Source: Lingula anatina
Taxonomy: Eukaryota; Animalia; Brachiopoda
NCBI GenBank assembly: GCA_051362555.1
Contig: CM120647.1
Span: 9,486,001-9,550,000 of the forward strand
Length of the DNA: 64,000 nucleotides
Direction: 5' to 3'
The translations under genes were made by a program, and so were the position numbers. The notes under the pieces are model-generated. The model was given only the letters and a program-made list of their open reading frames with translations. It had not been told where the DNA came from and made no database searches. How positions within the stretch are numbered: position 1 is the stretch's first letter; each line of letters begins with the position of its first letter. Below are positions 39,372 to 51,269 of the stretch, in pieces.

Positions 39372-40792
39372 ATAAATAATAGTTTATAGTCTTGTTGAAG
39401 TCAGCAATTAAAGGAGATATATAGGTGTTATAAAAAACTCTTTATTTCGTGATGGGCAATGGAATATAAAGAAAAATGATTTGATGAACATGGAAAGGCG
39501 AAAAATCACATATGCACATTCTACAATGTATGTCAGACAGAGTAAACGAAAGTCGGTTCTTTTGAAGGACCGTGGGTGCAAATTGTACAACAAAATATAC
39601 AAGCGTTCACGTGAATCTTAAAAACCCAAAAAGAAACTGTATTGTCCTCCATGTTGTATCTTACCATTGCAGTTTAGTAAGGAACTTTCAATAACCATTT
39701 GATCAGATCAAGTATCCCCTCATACTTATTGGTGCTACTTTAGAGCAACTATTCATAATGAATCGCACTGGAACCTTGTGAGAAGCACTCAAGTTTTCGT
39801 GGCATACAAAAACATCCGTTAAAACTACACCAGAAAGCTGCGTTCGATTACGTTTAACACATCGGGAATAAAACAAACTTGCACTACAGCACATTGGCAA
39901 TACAGGATATTGTTTTTGGAATAAACAGTAATTCCATAGAGGCAAATTAGTTTCACTGCAAGATTATGTTTCTTTCGCAAATCTCAGGATAGAAAAAAAA
40001 ATTCATATATCTGAAAATGTACCCAGGTCGTTGCTTTTGTGAAACGAGCCATAGTACAGGTAAGTACATGTTCATCATGTTGTCTATCACGAAGTTGTAA
40101 AGAACACATTTCACGCATTTTTACCTTATGTCGTGTCTATGAACGACCACTGAATACTTTCACAAAAATGTCAAGTTTTGATACATTGTTTTACTTATAA
40201 ACAGTCAAGGTTAGAATAGTATGCGATAAAGATGGAACTTAAACTAAACCTGATACTGTATCTACATATAGTTGATATTTCAGAAAAAAATAATTATAGC
40301 CCATCTTTACCTTACATTAAAACAACTGGGTGAATCAATACTTTCATTTCGATGTCAAGATAATATCGAATATTAATTCAAGGGCACTGCAAACTTTAAT
40401 GTAAACTACCGAACGCTTCAGTGTCTTTATACAAATAGCGCGTCTTCAATACATACAAATGGTTAAAATGTTTCTAAAAAACGGTGGTCTTCAATGTTAT
40501 TTACAGTGAAATTCACAGTCAGAGCGGTAGTATTCCCATGCACGTCCTGGGTAACATGGCCAGTCAATGTTGAGCATACATGTACACGTGTATGGTGACG
40601 TCATTTTGCTTCACGTGGCACATTTATCTGTTGCGCATGCGTGCGCCTACATGCATCACTTGTGCATGTGCGCATGTGGTGGGACATGTGGTCGGACATG
40701 CAACACGTCAAGATTATGTAAGCTGAAACACGTTTTTCTGTTATACTCGTTTACGTTATGCTGTTGATCTCTCATGTCCGTAACGTAGCACT

Positions 40793-40960
40793 TTACATGT
40801 CTATGAAAATATACACTGGCCAGTAGATAAGGCAAAACAGGATAAAAGTCGTTGGAAATAACTTTCTTGATAGTTTATCCACCATCCTCGCTTTTTCGCG
40901 TCCGAATGGATCTCGGATATATTGCGGCGGTTGTTTTCGCCCATTGACACCGTTTTCCAC
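40793..40960 (-). CDS. Gene B coding exon 9 (M4, stop)
   Basis: [13 protein letters not shown]...[32 protein letters not shown]. Confidence 0.93.
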   Translation of the reverse strand: MENGVNGRKQPPQYIRDPFGREKARMVDKLSRKLFPTTFILFCLIYWPVYIFIDM

Positions 40961-43900
40961 CTGAAACGACAAAAACACAAACGTTAAAATACATCATTGG
41001 ATAGGGGCTGTAGGAAATCATATGGCATTCACTTAAAAGGTCTTCAATAGCTTAATCATTCCTTGAATTCAGGGAAATGCAACCTTTGTGACCTTCTTTA
41101 ATTAAGTTTCGATTTGTTTATTTCTTAATTCATTCATGCATTCAATTTATTTTGCTTTATTTTCCCCTTGATTTAATAACTAATGTAAATTGGAAGCTGG
41201 TTCATCACCACCATCACCACCACCACCATCACTCGAGGTACACCGGTTCGCATTTAATTCAAGCCTCCAAATTTCACCCCAAAAGCTGGTGTCATAGAGG
41301 GCCCTACCTCTGTTAAACTCCTTAGCGATTTATCTGACGGACCCTTGAATTTCTCCATCAACGAGGAAGCTTTGCTTGGCTTTGGAATCTCTCTCCGGGA
41401 AAAGACGTTGACAGCGGCGTACTCTAGGAGTGACGCGAACACAAAGACCAGGCACACGGACATCCACACGTCAAGAGCCTGAAAAGATAATGACGTCACT
41501 GAGACAATGTTACGTCATCAACACAATTTGTTAAAAAGATGTCTATGACGTCATGTTTTCTATCCAATGTTCCCAGAAGCCAGGGCTTCAAAATAATTTG
41601 AATTCTTTTTTCGTTTCATTTTAAGCACTAAGCTCGGTTTGAAGCCAAGGGCAAAATTTATACAGTGCAAGGTTAAATTTAAACTAGTATGAACACTCAC
41701 CTTGATATATGACACACGTGGCAATGACGCACGCGCAGATGCACTCTGTGTCGTCATAGTGAGGACCGTAAGGAGGCCGAGACTGACACGTGCCGGACTG
41801 GAGTCTATACTGATCCAGAATGCGACCCAGGATAATATGACAATGAGAGCAGTGGGGACATAGACCTGAATCATGTAGTAGCCGATATCACGCTTTAAGT
41901 TGAATGTAACTTTGAGGCAAGGAAAGGCACCTGTTAGAAAAGAAAACAAGGCGGCAAATCTGTCAAATGTACAGACAAAAAGCAGAAAATAATGATGAAC
42001 AAAATGGGATACTGTGAATAATACAGTATGCTTAACTGCAAAGACAACATCAAGGCACCTGTTGGAAAAGAAAAAAAAGTGGCACATGATAAAAGTCAAT
42101 CCAGCTACTTTTTATTAATACAGTAAGAGTTTTTTTAGAATGCAGGATAACGGGGTAAATGTAACATGTTTTCACACGATGCACAAGGTACAAATTTTAA
42201 AAACATAATAACCTGAAGTGTACTTCTTGAAACAAATAAAAAATTTAATATTAAAATAAAACCCAATGCGCCCCACCTGCGGTATAGTTTTGGGAGCAGT
42301 CTTCTAGCTGATGTCCCTGTAGTTTATACTGCGGTAAGCTAACGTGGTCATCCATGTCCACTGCATTCTTCATCCAGACAAAATACAGGACGTCCATTGT
42401 GTAGCCAACTGATAATAAACAGAACAGCTATCAAACCTCTTCAAAATGTACTTTTATATTCGTATGACAGTTATATGCATATTATAAATATACCATATTC
42501 TTTTGAAAAATAATTAAAGTAAATGGAATAAATATATGAACTGGGTGTTTAACAATCGTCATAACATTTTATCAACATGATCAAAATCAAAGTTGCACTG
42601 GTAGTACAATATATGTAAATACAATGCAGATATCGGACACACCAATCCCTGTCATATTATGCGACATTCACACTACAAGCCATCACTGTCAAGGCGGAAA
42701 ATATGATCACATAATTAATTTGTCAGCAAAAATTTTCATTTAATTTTTAAAATTAATGTTTCGTTCTTTGTTCATTTTACTTGCTTCCTGACTTGAAACC
42801 ATGGCAAAATTCACCGAATCCATAACTCAATACTGTGATTTACCCAAATAAGAACTTAATTGACATGACGTAATCAGATGTAAATGCAAATGCGCAGACG
42901 ATACTCACAGCTCTCCAGCATCATTGGGCAATGTTGTACATCCAACGGATACTTCTTCAGATCCATGGGGCACGAAAGCGTGGCTGAAATTCTGTATAAT
43001 AATAATAAGAAGAAGAAGAAGAAGACAGGATACTTCAAGCGAAAAGATTATTTTACAGAAAATTCAGAAAGATATTATTTCAATCAGGACAAAACCCGAC
43101 ACATGTTAAATTACTTTTACGTTCAACAGTTCGATGGATTTCACATAAGAAAATAAATGTATAATCCGGCAAATCCTTATACTGAGGCCTTGCACACCGT
43201 CTACCAGTTTGGGGTTATGGATGTACAAGTAAGTCCAAGCAGCCACAATTCAACTCTACCAAAAACCAAAATTTTGTCGATGGTTCGATTATCGTCTGTC
43301 CCCAAAAACAAACAATTCCGACAAGGTACATTAATAAATGGAACATTTGGATGAAATACTTACTTTGTAACATACCAAATCTGTCCATTGGAATATAATC
43401 TCATCAGCCTATTCGGTATAGTTACGTCATGATAATTGGCCTTTTTCTCGTTGCGGAAGAACACATCCGGGACCCATAACCGGTCCCAGTAACCATCCTC
43501 TAACTTAATCATATCCCTGCCTCCTTCCTGTGGGTCGAATGCAAGCCTGGGGTCCGTCCAGTTCTGACGGAGATATATATTCACGGAGAAGTCCTACATA
43601 AAAGACAAACAGAATCGTTTGCTTGTGACGAAGTATATATCTATATTAACAGAAGAAGAAGTACTACCAGTGCAACTTTGATTTTGATCATGTTGATAAA
43701 ATGATATGACGACAGATGCGTACTAATTAACATGTATGTGTATCAAAGTAAATGTTCGGATTTGCCCAATTATATTATGAGGTGATGATGAGAAAATTAA
43801 ACGTAATAGTGGATCTTAAGTTGAAATGATGACCACGATACTGGTAACAACTCCAAATCAGTTCATCTAAAGCATGCCTTCTGATAAGTTTGAAACGCCG

Positions 43901-46900
43901 TGATATCCTTTTCAGCGAAAGATTTAATATTATATTTAATTCACTATTTTAGTATTTATGTAGGCCTATATTCTTCGGCACAATATTTCTGTCTGAATCT
44001 TTAATTAAAGCTTTAAGGTGATCTATTTGTTAATCAGGATGGCGATTTTCTTCTTTACATACAGTATTTGATCGAGCGAATGATGTGGAGCTCATTTGAT
44101 GTGTCATAACAATCTGATGCCATTTTCCACTATTTAATAATGCGTACTCCACAAGGTGACATATTATGCACCCAATTTACTCACCATCGTTTGTTCACTA
44201 ATTGAGTAGAAACTGTTGATATAGATACCCAGTTCAACTCGAGTTGATTTGTCTGCAATGATGAATATAAAGTAATTGAAACAATTAACAATTAATTAAT
44301 TAATAAATTAATTGATTAATTAATCTTGAAAAATAGAATGAATGAAAGATAATGAAGGGTAGTTTGTTGTACTGTGTGCCATCCGTGTGCATTTTTTTTA
44401 TATTTCAAAGCTTTGGTTTTCAAGTGAAAGAAATTTTTAAAAATTGTTTTCACTGAAAAATGGAGTTATGCCAGTATTTTTTGAAGCAAAGGCTGTGTTT
44501 TCGGAACAAATTGACATTCTCCAAAACAAAAAAAGATCGAGTCCTAATCATATTCATAGTATTTTGGCACTACCGAATAACAAAACGTTGTCAAATTAGC
44601 TTTCCTGGTCCTTCTCCGGATGCAAACCACTTTCTGTATTTTATTAGATTGAAATGTAACAATCGGTCAGCCCAAATTCATAACTAACGCCTTTTGTGTC
44701 TCATGAGCAACGCAAACCATTACTCTGTGAGAACTCTGATCAATAACTTGCCTGATATATATATAATCAATATCTGAAAAGGATCAAACGTTGGATCTGA
44801 ACTGTTCTTGGTTAGATGGTACAGACCCGTAACGTATGGGGTCCTTTGAGTTTGAAAAAAAAGCATTTTGGCAACTTTCATCTCCAACTTCAAATCCGTT
44901 TTTCACCTTTTCAAATATTAAGAAGCACGTTCCTCCCTCCTCGTTATAACACAAAGATACTCTACCTAACATTGGAGGTTGCCCCCGATCGTAGTTGGAA
45001 CGCTTTAGAAGGGATTCCAGAAATCCAGATCTACAGAAAAAGAAAAGGGTACAAAACAACACCGATATTAAACAATAATTAAGATGTGATCAACGACGAG
45101 ATGGAGTCACCAAAAGAGCACAATAAGATTACAGGTTCATAAACAAAGGTGACGATACGTATCAGATGTGTTCAGAAACAATCAGAGGTGACACCGATGT
45201 TTATTAGTCACAATACAAATGTCAGGGGCCAGTTTCTAAAGAGAACTTTAGACCGAGGTTCGTTTTTAACTGTTGGACCAAAATAGCTGCTGGACAAATA
45301 TTTTGATCAACTTTGACTATTTTTAAAATGTACACTAGTTCTTTAAATATGGCGGCAAATAGCCGTTTCAAACAATAAGAACTTTTCTGTTAGTGTACAA
45401 TACCAGTAGATGCATTGTTTTATCTCATTTGTCTACTACTGGTTTCCAATTTAGTATGTTGGGTTAAAATAGTCTAAAAGTATGTTCTAAAAGTTCAGAC
45501 CGACTTTTGGTCTAAAGTACTTGGTGAAATGGCTTGAGTGGAATATGACGTGCAAACAGTTTGAAGGAAAGTTTGAGAGTAATAACGGTGGGCGGCAGGC
45601 GGACAGCCATCAAAACCCTGAAAAGAAGATGGTAAGTTAGTGCCATAGCCAAGTGGGCCTTGGAAGGACATCGCAAATTGAATCATTTCCATAGTATCAC
45701 ACTGCTTATTATACAAGAGTAGAACGACAACCAATTCCATTAATTCAAAAGTATTAAAGTAACGCGCTTGGGGAATTGTTGAGAGAATTAATTTAAGCTC
45801 AAATATACAGTATATCAAGTTTCGCTCACTTTAAATATTCTGCGTTAGGTTTTGGAATCATTCCAATCATTTCTTTCGATGATAAAAATTGCTAATGTTT
45901 CAATTTGCGATATCGTCTGCGCCAGCGCTACCCCGGCCCCAACATCAATTCTGCCAGTTTGTTTATTTTGTCGTTACCTTGCATGGGGGGTCTCAGCTTA
46001 TCGTAATTCCGTAACAGCTTCCCTAAGAACCAAGAGCTAAAGGGGAAGAAATATGTAAAAATAATATATATCATTATTTAATGCAAAATCATATATAGGA
46101 TTACGATTTTGACGTAATTTTATCGTATTTCCGTAACAGCTTCCTTAAGAACCAAGAGCAGCTAAAGGGGAAGAAATTTGTAAACATAATGTGTATCATT
46201 ATTCAATGCAAAACCATATAGGATTACAATTTTGTCCTAATGTTATCGTAATGCCGTAACGGCCTCCCTAAGAACCAAGGGCTAAAGAGGAAGAAACATG
46301 GAAATATGATATATATTTTAAAACATTATTCAATACAAAATCATTAGATACAATTTTGTACTGGAGAGCAACGTTGGTGTCATCTGAAATAAGAAGTGTA
46401 ACATCAGCCATATTAGATCCAATAGTGTGACCGCTGATTATATATCGATGGAAAATGATTGCTTGGGTAGAGAACTTTGTAAAATTTACGAAAGAACGAA
46501 CAATATTCGCTTTATCTTCCTCTTTCAATATAAATTTATATTTTTCTCCACATAAAATGTCAACCAATATGTATGACAACTGATTGCCAAATGATATGTG
46601 AAAAGTTACTGACTATATTTATTTAAACACACACAGAAGAACATCTTATTTTTTCATATTATTTCGTTTGACTCTCCCCTACATCAAAGAATCTTACACT
46701 CCTAGCAGTTCGATTCATCTGGCCATTGCGTGCATACAGTATACTCTTACGTTGAAAAATAAGATTATATATTGAAGTATACTGACAGCGATTGTCCTAA
46801 CTCAATCACTATCGGGAAAGAAGCCCCTGTACGAAATCCAAAATCCACTTACTAGTGACCGCAGCGAAGGAGACGCACGAAATCTAGTTTACTGAGTACA

Positions 46901-49900
46901 TGAAAATTACACAAGATGGTTTAACAAAGACAAATGACTGCTGTTTCTTAACAGCTGTTCTTTTTTAGAGGCTGCGTGTTTAAAAGGCATCCAATATTTA
47001 GAGCGATTTTTTAGGCTAAGTGCTTTTTAAAAATTCAGGATTTTTACTTTGGAGAGGACGGCGTGCTGGCTTAATTGGCGAAACAGATTAGACGGGTGTT
47101 CTTTTATTTAATCAATCGATCTACTTAAGCAGGGACAAGTTATAAAACATAAATGTGCTGGACGTACTGTTGCATGTCCAAAATTTGGTAAAAGAGACGA
47201 CTTGTCAATTTCCATTAACTAAATTACATACACTCCAGTCACGGTTCAAGAAACGTCATCGTTGATCAAGAGAAGCGTCCAACAAAATGTCAATGTTGCC
47301 GTGGAGGGAGACGCCAATGTCGTTAAAGAGGGATGCATTTATCAAGCCAATGTTAATTACTCTTGACAAACATCCGGCTATTGATTAACGTCTGTGAGTC
47401 AACTTACATCGCCATAAAATGCAAATATTTTGTCTCAAGAAAAGGAGCTGTATCAAAATTGAATAAATACAAAAACCTGTTGTTTGATCGAGAGCAAGTG
47501 CACAGAACGTGCAACGTGCTTAAAGGAGTTCTTAATCAATTGGAACTTGAAACATTGTAGTATAACAAGACATCAGGGCAAAGGGTTATCAAGAAATGGG
47601 TCACACATTGTGGCAAACGTAAAACACACGTGTTAGTGAAGATACTTTAATACACATTTTGTTAAATGAGTCACTGGTTTTCCGTACATTCAAAGGGTTC
47701 CGCTCAACTTCACACATGTTTATATCCACATTTCGTTAACCGAAGAAAATGGTGAAAATTTTCCAAACGTACTTTTCAGCTTTTAAAAATGGACAAATCA
47801 CCTTGGCCGTTCAAAATTATTTAACCCGCCGATAATCTTGTCCGCTTCTCTTGATAAATTGCGCACTTGACAACGGATTCGTTCCTCCCATGCGTGCCGT
47901 CCCAGCAGGGGCAGAGCAATGTAATCTCGACATGCTTTCAAGTGGGTCGCGCCATATTTGATCCGCGGACTAGGTAGTCCGCAGATCAACTGGTTGTGAA
48001 CATGGCCTTAGGACGATAAAACAAGATAACACGATAGCCAAACCTAGAAAATTTAACTATACAAGGCTACCAAATCTCGGGGGAAAAGACTATAATGACA
48101 TTGTACGTCATGCCCGTCGTCCACTATAAATAATATAAGACTTGGAGCATGTTACTTTTTTCTTGATTGCGTTTAAACATCATCTCCACCAAAGACCGAT
48201 ACGGTTCGGGGCAGCCTGACCTATATTTGAATAATTAATACCTGTTCTATTTCTTTTTTTCTTTCACCTTGTATAAATATATCTACACACGTGACATTTT
48301 TGAGTGGATTTATACAATTTTGATCCGAGATTTCGAAAAACACCGCCGGCTCTAGAGCCTTTGGTTGATTATTGAAACTTAATTTAGAAGTCCTACCGCC
48401 CCGCTCCTTTTTTATTTCTCAAATTTTCTGAAACAGACGTTGGAATCGGGACCAATTGCCTGCCTGAAGTGAGGAAATACAGATTAAAATGAGGCCAGTA
48501 AAAGGACTTAAAATTCTCCAAACATACGCATTTTTTAAAAAATTCTTCAGACAGTGGGGAGGGGGGGTGCAAACAAACCCTCTTTATTCCCGTCAGAATG
48601 TCCAGTATTTGCCAATCAAACTATTGTGAAATAACCACTCTAATAAACATCTAATACCACCATCGATTACCGATAATAAACCCTTGTAATAATAGAGGCC
48701 AGCATGATTTCATTAAATAATAAACAAAATACTGTTTACATGGCGGTAACACAATATTACATGTGATTACTAATGCAGTGACAGCTGAAATGAAACACAG
48801 ATATGGACGCATGTGTTTGTGTGAATGGGTGTGCGTGTGCGTTCGCGTGATTGTGCGTGTGTTTGTGTATGCATGCGTGCGAGCCCGTATCAGATAACTC
48901 TTGTTATGTATTTTGTTCACACTGGCCCTGATGTTTTTGCTCTTCATTATTGAAGGGACAGTGGATTACCAGGGGATGTAGAATTTTGCTGGGGGCGGGG
49001 GGAGAGAGCAGGGACATACATAAACTGTAAAACCAGACAAAAGCACTAATTTTGATAAGAAAAATAATTTAGCTCGTTATAGTTTTTTCAGAGGTGGAGA
49101 AGGAGATGGCGGGGGGGGGGGAGGAGGTGGATGCAGACATCCCTCATCGTTGTTAACACGCACACGTTTTCCGTCTGCGCTAGATCGTTAATCAAATACG
49201 GAGGGTGATTAAGAGTTCGTGCACTTAAGGCTCCGTCTAAAGCCAGCTCTATTGGAAAGCAACTGGAGAAATTGGCAGTGCTTTGTGTAGCATCGTCATC
49301 GTTAAGAAGATTATGTTACGTAAACCATTTGTCACAATACATATCTCTGATTTTCAACTGCGTAGGTTTGAACTCTAACTGTGCGATGGGGATGATACGG
49401 TGGAGAAATAACCGAGGTCGAGTTTCCTTTGTGGAAACAACAAGGAACCACGATTCATCATGGTGAAGGTTCCTTAATATACAAACGCGAATAAATGTCT
49501 TTTAAATATCGTGCGTTTGTTAAAGCGTATTTCCGTCAACTAAAAACTCAATGTTATTCCTCGGAGAGCGTCTCCGGAGAAAAGAAATACTATGAGTAAC
49601 TAAATAACGTGGGGACTTATGAAGTTAGGTAGAAACTTATTTCATGGTCGAGAAAGAGAGCGATGCCTGAGGGAGCTAAACCAAAGTGCCTGAAGCCTAA
49701 TGGATGAAACAAAACCAGATGGAGATACAGATAGAATGTTATTGTAAACCGAGAGATTTAAGGTTAGACTGTGTGTTTTAGAACGAGTCGACATATCCCG
49801 AGTATTTTGAAATGCTAGAAGGTCGTGACATAATTTGGTTAAAGTGTCTCGTGCTGTTATGCCCATTTCCCCCTCGCATCGTATCAAGCTTTATAGCAGT

Positions 49901-50592
49901 TGTTTTACGAGGGCGGAAAGAGTTTGAAAAATACAGATTTAAAGCTTGACTGGAGTTACATGTAATAAAACTTAAGAACGGGTGCCTTCTGGTTAAAACA
50001 CACAAATCTAACCACGGAGTAGGTAAAGACGGAATAATGGATGGGATGATGGTATTTCCCCAATAACGAATGAAAAAATGAACGTGTGCGTGTGCGGATC
50101 TTTGTGCGTAAGCGTGAATGCGCGTGATGGTAAAGCTGAATATAATGTCCAGAGGAATGCACGGTATCTATGGACAGTTAGACAAGCACGGTGTAGGCGA
50201 TCTTGATAAAACAATAAGATGGACAAATTAAAAGATAAACTTCACTAAGTCTGATGCAAAAGATTACTAAGTTGGGAGATGTGAAAATGGTTCAAGTGGC
50301 CACTGTAGTTACTAGTGATAACTTGAACTTCTTTATGATATTGACACTAAAATCAGTCCAAAGATTGCAGGCGTAATTAGAAGCTAGTACACGCATTCCA
50401 TTCTGATACAAAATCAGTTTTAAAACCAATTTTTACTTACGTGGAATTCACAGCAGGCGGGTCGTGGTGCACGTTGTTCTCCCGTCGCCTTTTTCTCTTT
50501 TCTTTCTTTCCACCAGCAGCCTCCAACGGCGACATCGTCAGTAACAGCAGCGCTGCTATATGAACAAAGTGAAGCAACCTCTTCATTTCCAT
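40793..50592 (-). CDS. Gene B: Cys-loop ligand-gated chloride channel subunit (glycine receptor alpha-like / lophotrochozoan GluCl-like), 9 coding exons, ~432 aa
   Basis: Complement join 50592-50441, 45030-44966, 44252-44185, 43593-43364, 42991-42909, 42408-42277, 41930-41701, 41478-41308, 40960-40793. GT-AG introns with consistent phases; total 1299 nt. Cys loop [16 protein letters not shown]2 [18 protein letters not shown]4 [20 protein letters not shown]. Confidence 0.94.
41308..41478 (-). CDS. Gene B coding exon 8 (M3)
   Basis: [29 protein letters not shown]...SLRSLTE|gtaggg. Confidence 0.92.
41701..41930 (-). CDS. Gene B coding exon 7 (M1-M2)
   Basis: [39 protein letters not shown]...PARVSLG...LPRVSYIK|gtgagt. 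Confidence 0.95.
42277..42408 (-). CDS. Gene B coding exon 6 (loops B, F, C)
   Basis: [45 protein letters not shown]. Confidence 0.94.
42909..42991 (-). CDS. Gene B coding exon 5 (Cys loop)
   Basis: 83 nt; [27 protein letters not shown]. Confidence 0.95.
43364..43593 (-). CDS. Gene B coding exon 4 (loops D, A, E)
   Basis: [17 protein letters not shown]...[38 protein letters not shown]. Confidence 0.95.
44185..44252 (-). CDS. Gene B coding exon 3
   Basis: 68 nt; [23 protein letters not shown]; gtgagt donor. Confidence 0.93.
44966..45030 (-). CDS. Gene B coding exon 2
   Basis: [21 protein letters not shown]; ttttctgtag acceptor, gtagag donor. Confidence 0.85.
45999..46360. repeat. ~122-bp tandem repeat, 3 copies
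   Basis: tatcgta..tccgtaac.gc.tcc.taagaaccaag.gctaaag.ggaagaaa recurs near 45999, 46121 and 46243. Confidence 0.9.
47805..48007. mobile_element. MITE family B copy
   Basis: Right end gccatatttgatccgcggactag...gatcaactggttgtgaacatggcc|tta matches family B. Confidence 0.55.
50441..50592 (-). CDS. Gene B coding exon 1 (signal peptide plus basic segment)
   Basis: [50 protein letters not shown]; donor AC|gtaagt; phase 2. The start could instead be the second Met at 50586. Confidence 0.8.
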
Positions 50593-51269
50593 GTTTCAGT
50601 GATGCTGCCAATAAAATCGGCACCTTGAGAATAAGTTCTGTAATCCGGATCTCAGAAAGGCACTGATTTCCGCTGCTCTCTCTCGCCACAACGAGTGATT
50701 TTTGATAGGAAGAACGCGCACACTTTATAAGACAGAACGGGCGCAACCAAACGCACGAGGTGTCGTTGGAATCGCCAGTCACGTCGGCATCAAATTCAAT
50801 TAATTGACTTCAGAAATTCTTCCCCGGGGACGCCCTCGTTTTGAAATTTAACTTGATTACCCTTATGCCTTGATCAATTGTTCAGCACACACCAGAAGGA
50901 GACGGGAATGACGGATATCCTTGCAAAAACTCCCCTCTGAACATCAGACTTTTAGCAGCAATTGCACGACCACCCAGAGGAACTTGAGAAATCAATGGAT
51001 CGGATTCCCTTGCTCCAAACAACGGTTCCTGAGTCAAAATATATTTAGCCTTAACAGGACACGTATTTTGTCGCTTCCCTCTACTTTAAGTTCGTTTCTT
51101 GAACGCTGTTTCTCTTCTGAGAGAACTCTTCGATAGCTTTGACTGCACTATTTCCGATAGTAGATGTTCCTCTTACTGTCGTCTTTAAGGATTATACGTA
51201 TGCTGTACGCCTGTCTTATATAATGTGGAAATGGGAGTAGACGTGGCTATGATTACGCCCCACAAATTC
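50593..51269 (-). other. Putative 5' UTR portion of the gene B first coding exon
   Basis: Minus-strand acceptor ttttatttttcttttcag with the AG at 51271-51270. Confidence 0.45.

Larger units (their letters stand above)
42556..43712. repeat. 52-bp intronic inverted repeat pair (42556-42607 and 43661-43712)
   Basis: tcgtcataacattttatcaacatgatcaaaatcaaagttgcactggtagtac vs gtactaccagtgcaactttgattttgatcatgttgataaaatgatatgacga; 51/52 complementary. Confidence 0.92.

Noticed and set aside
41203-41231. (CAC/CAT)n tract near the gene B M3-M4 region as a counterpart of the gene A His tract
   Set aside because: It is intronic and on the strand antisense to gene B, so most likely coincidental.
50420-50782. 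120-aa minus-strand ORF as the gene B N-terminus
   Set aside because: Wrong frame; the signal-peptide frame starts at 50592 and is phase-compatible with the next exon.
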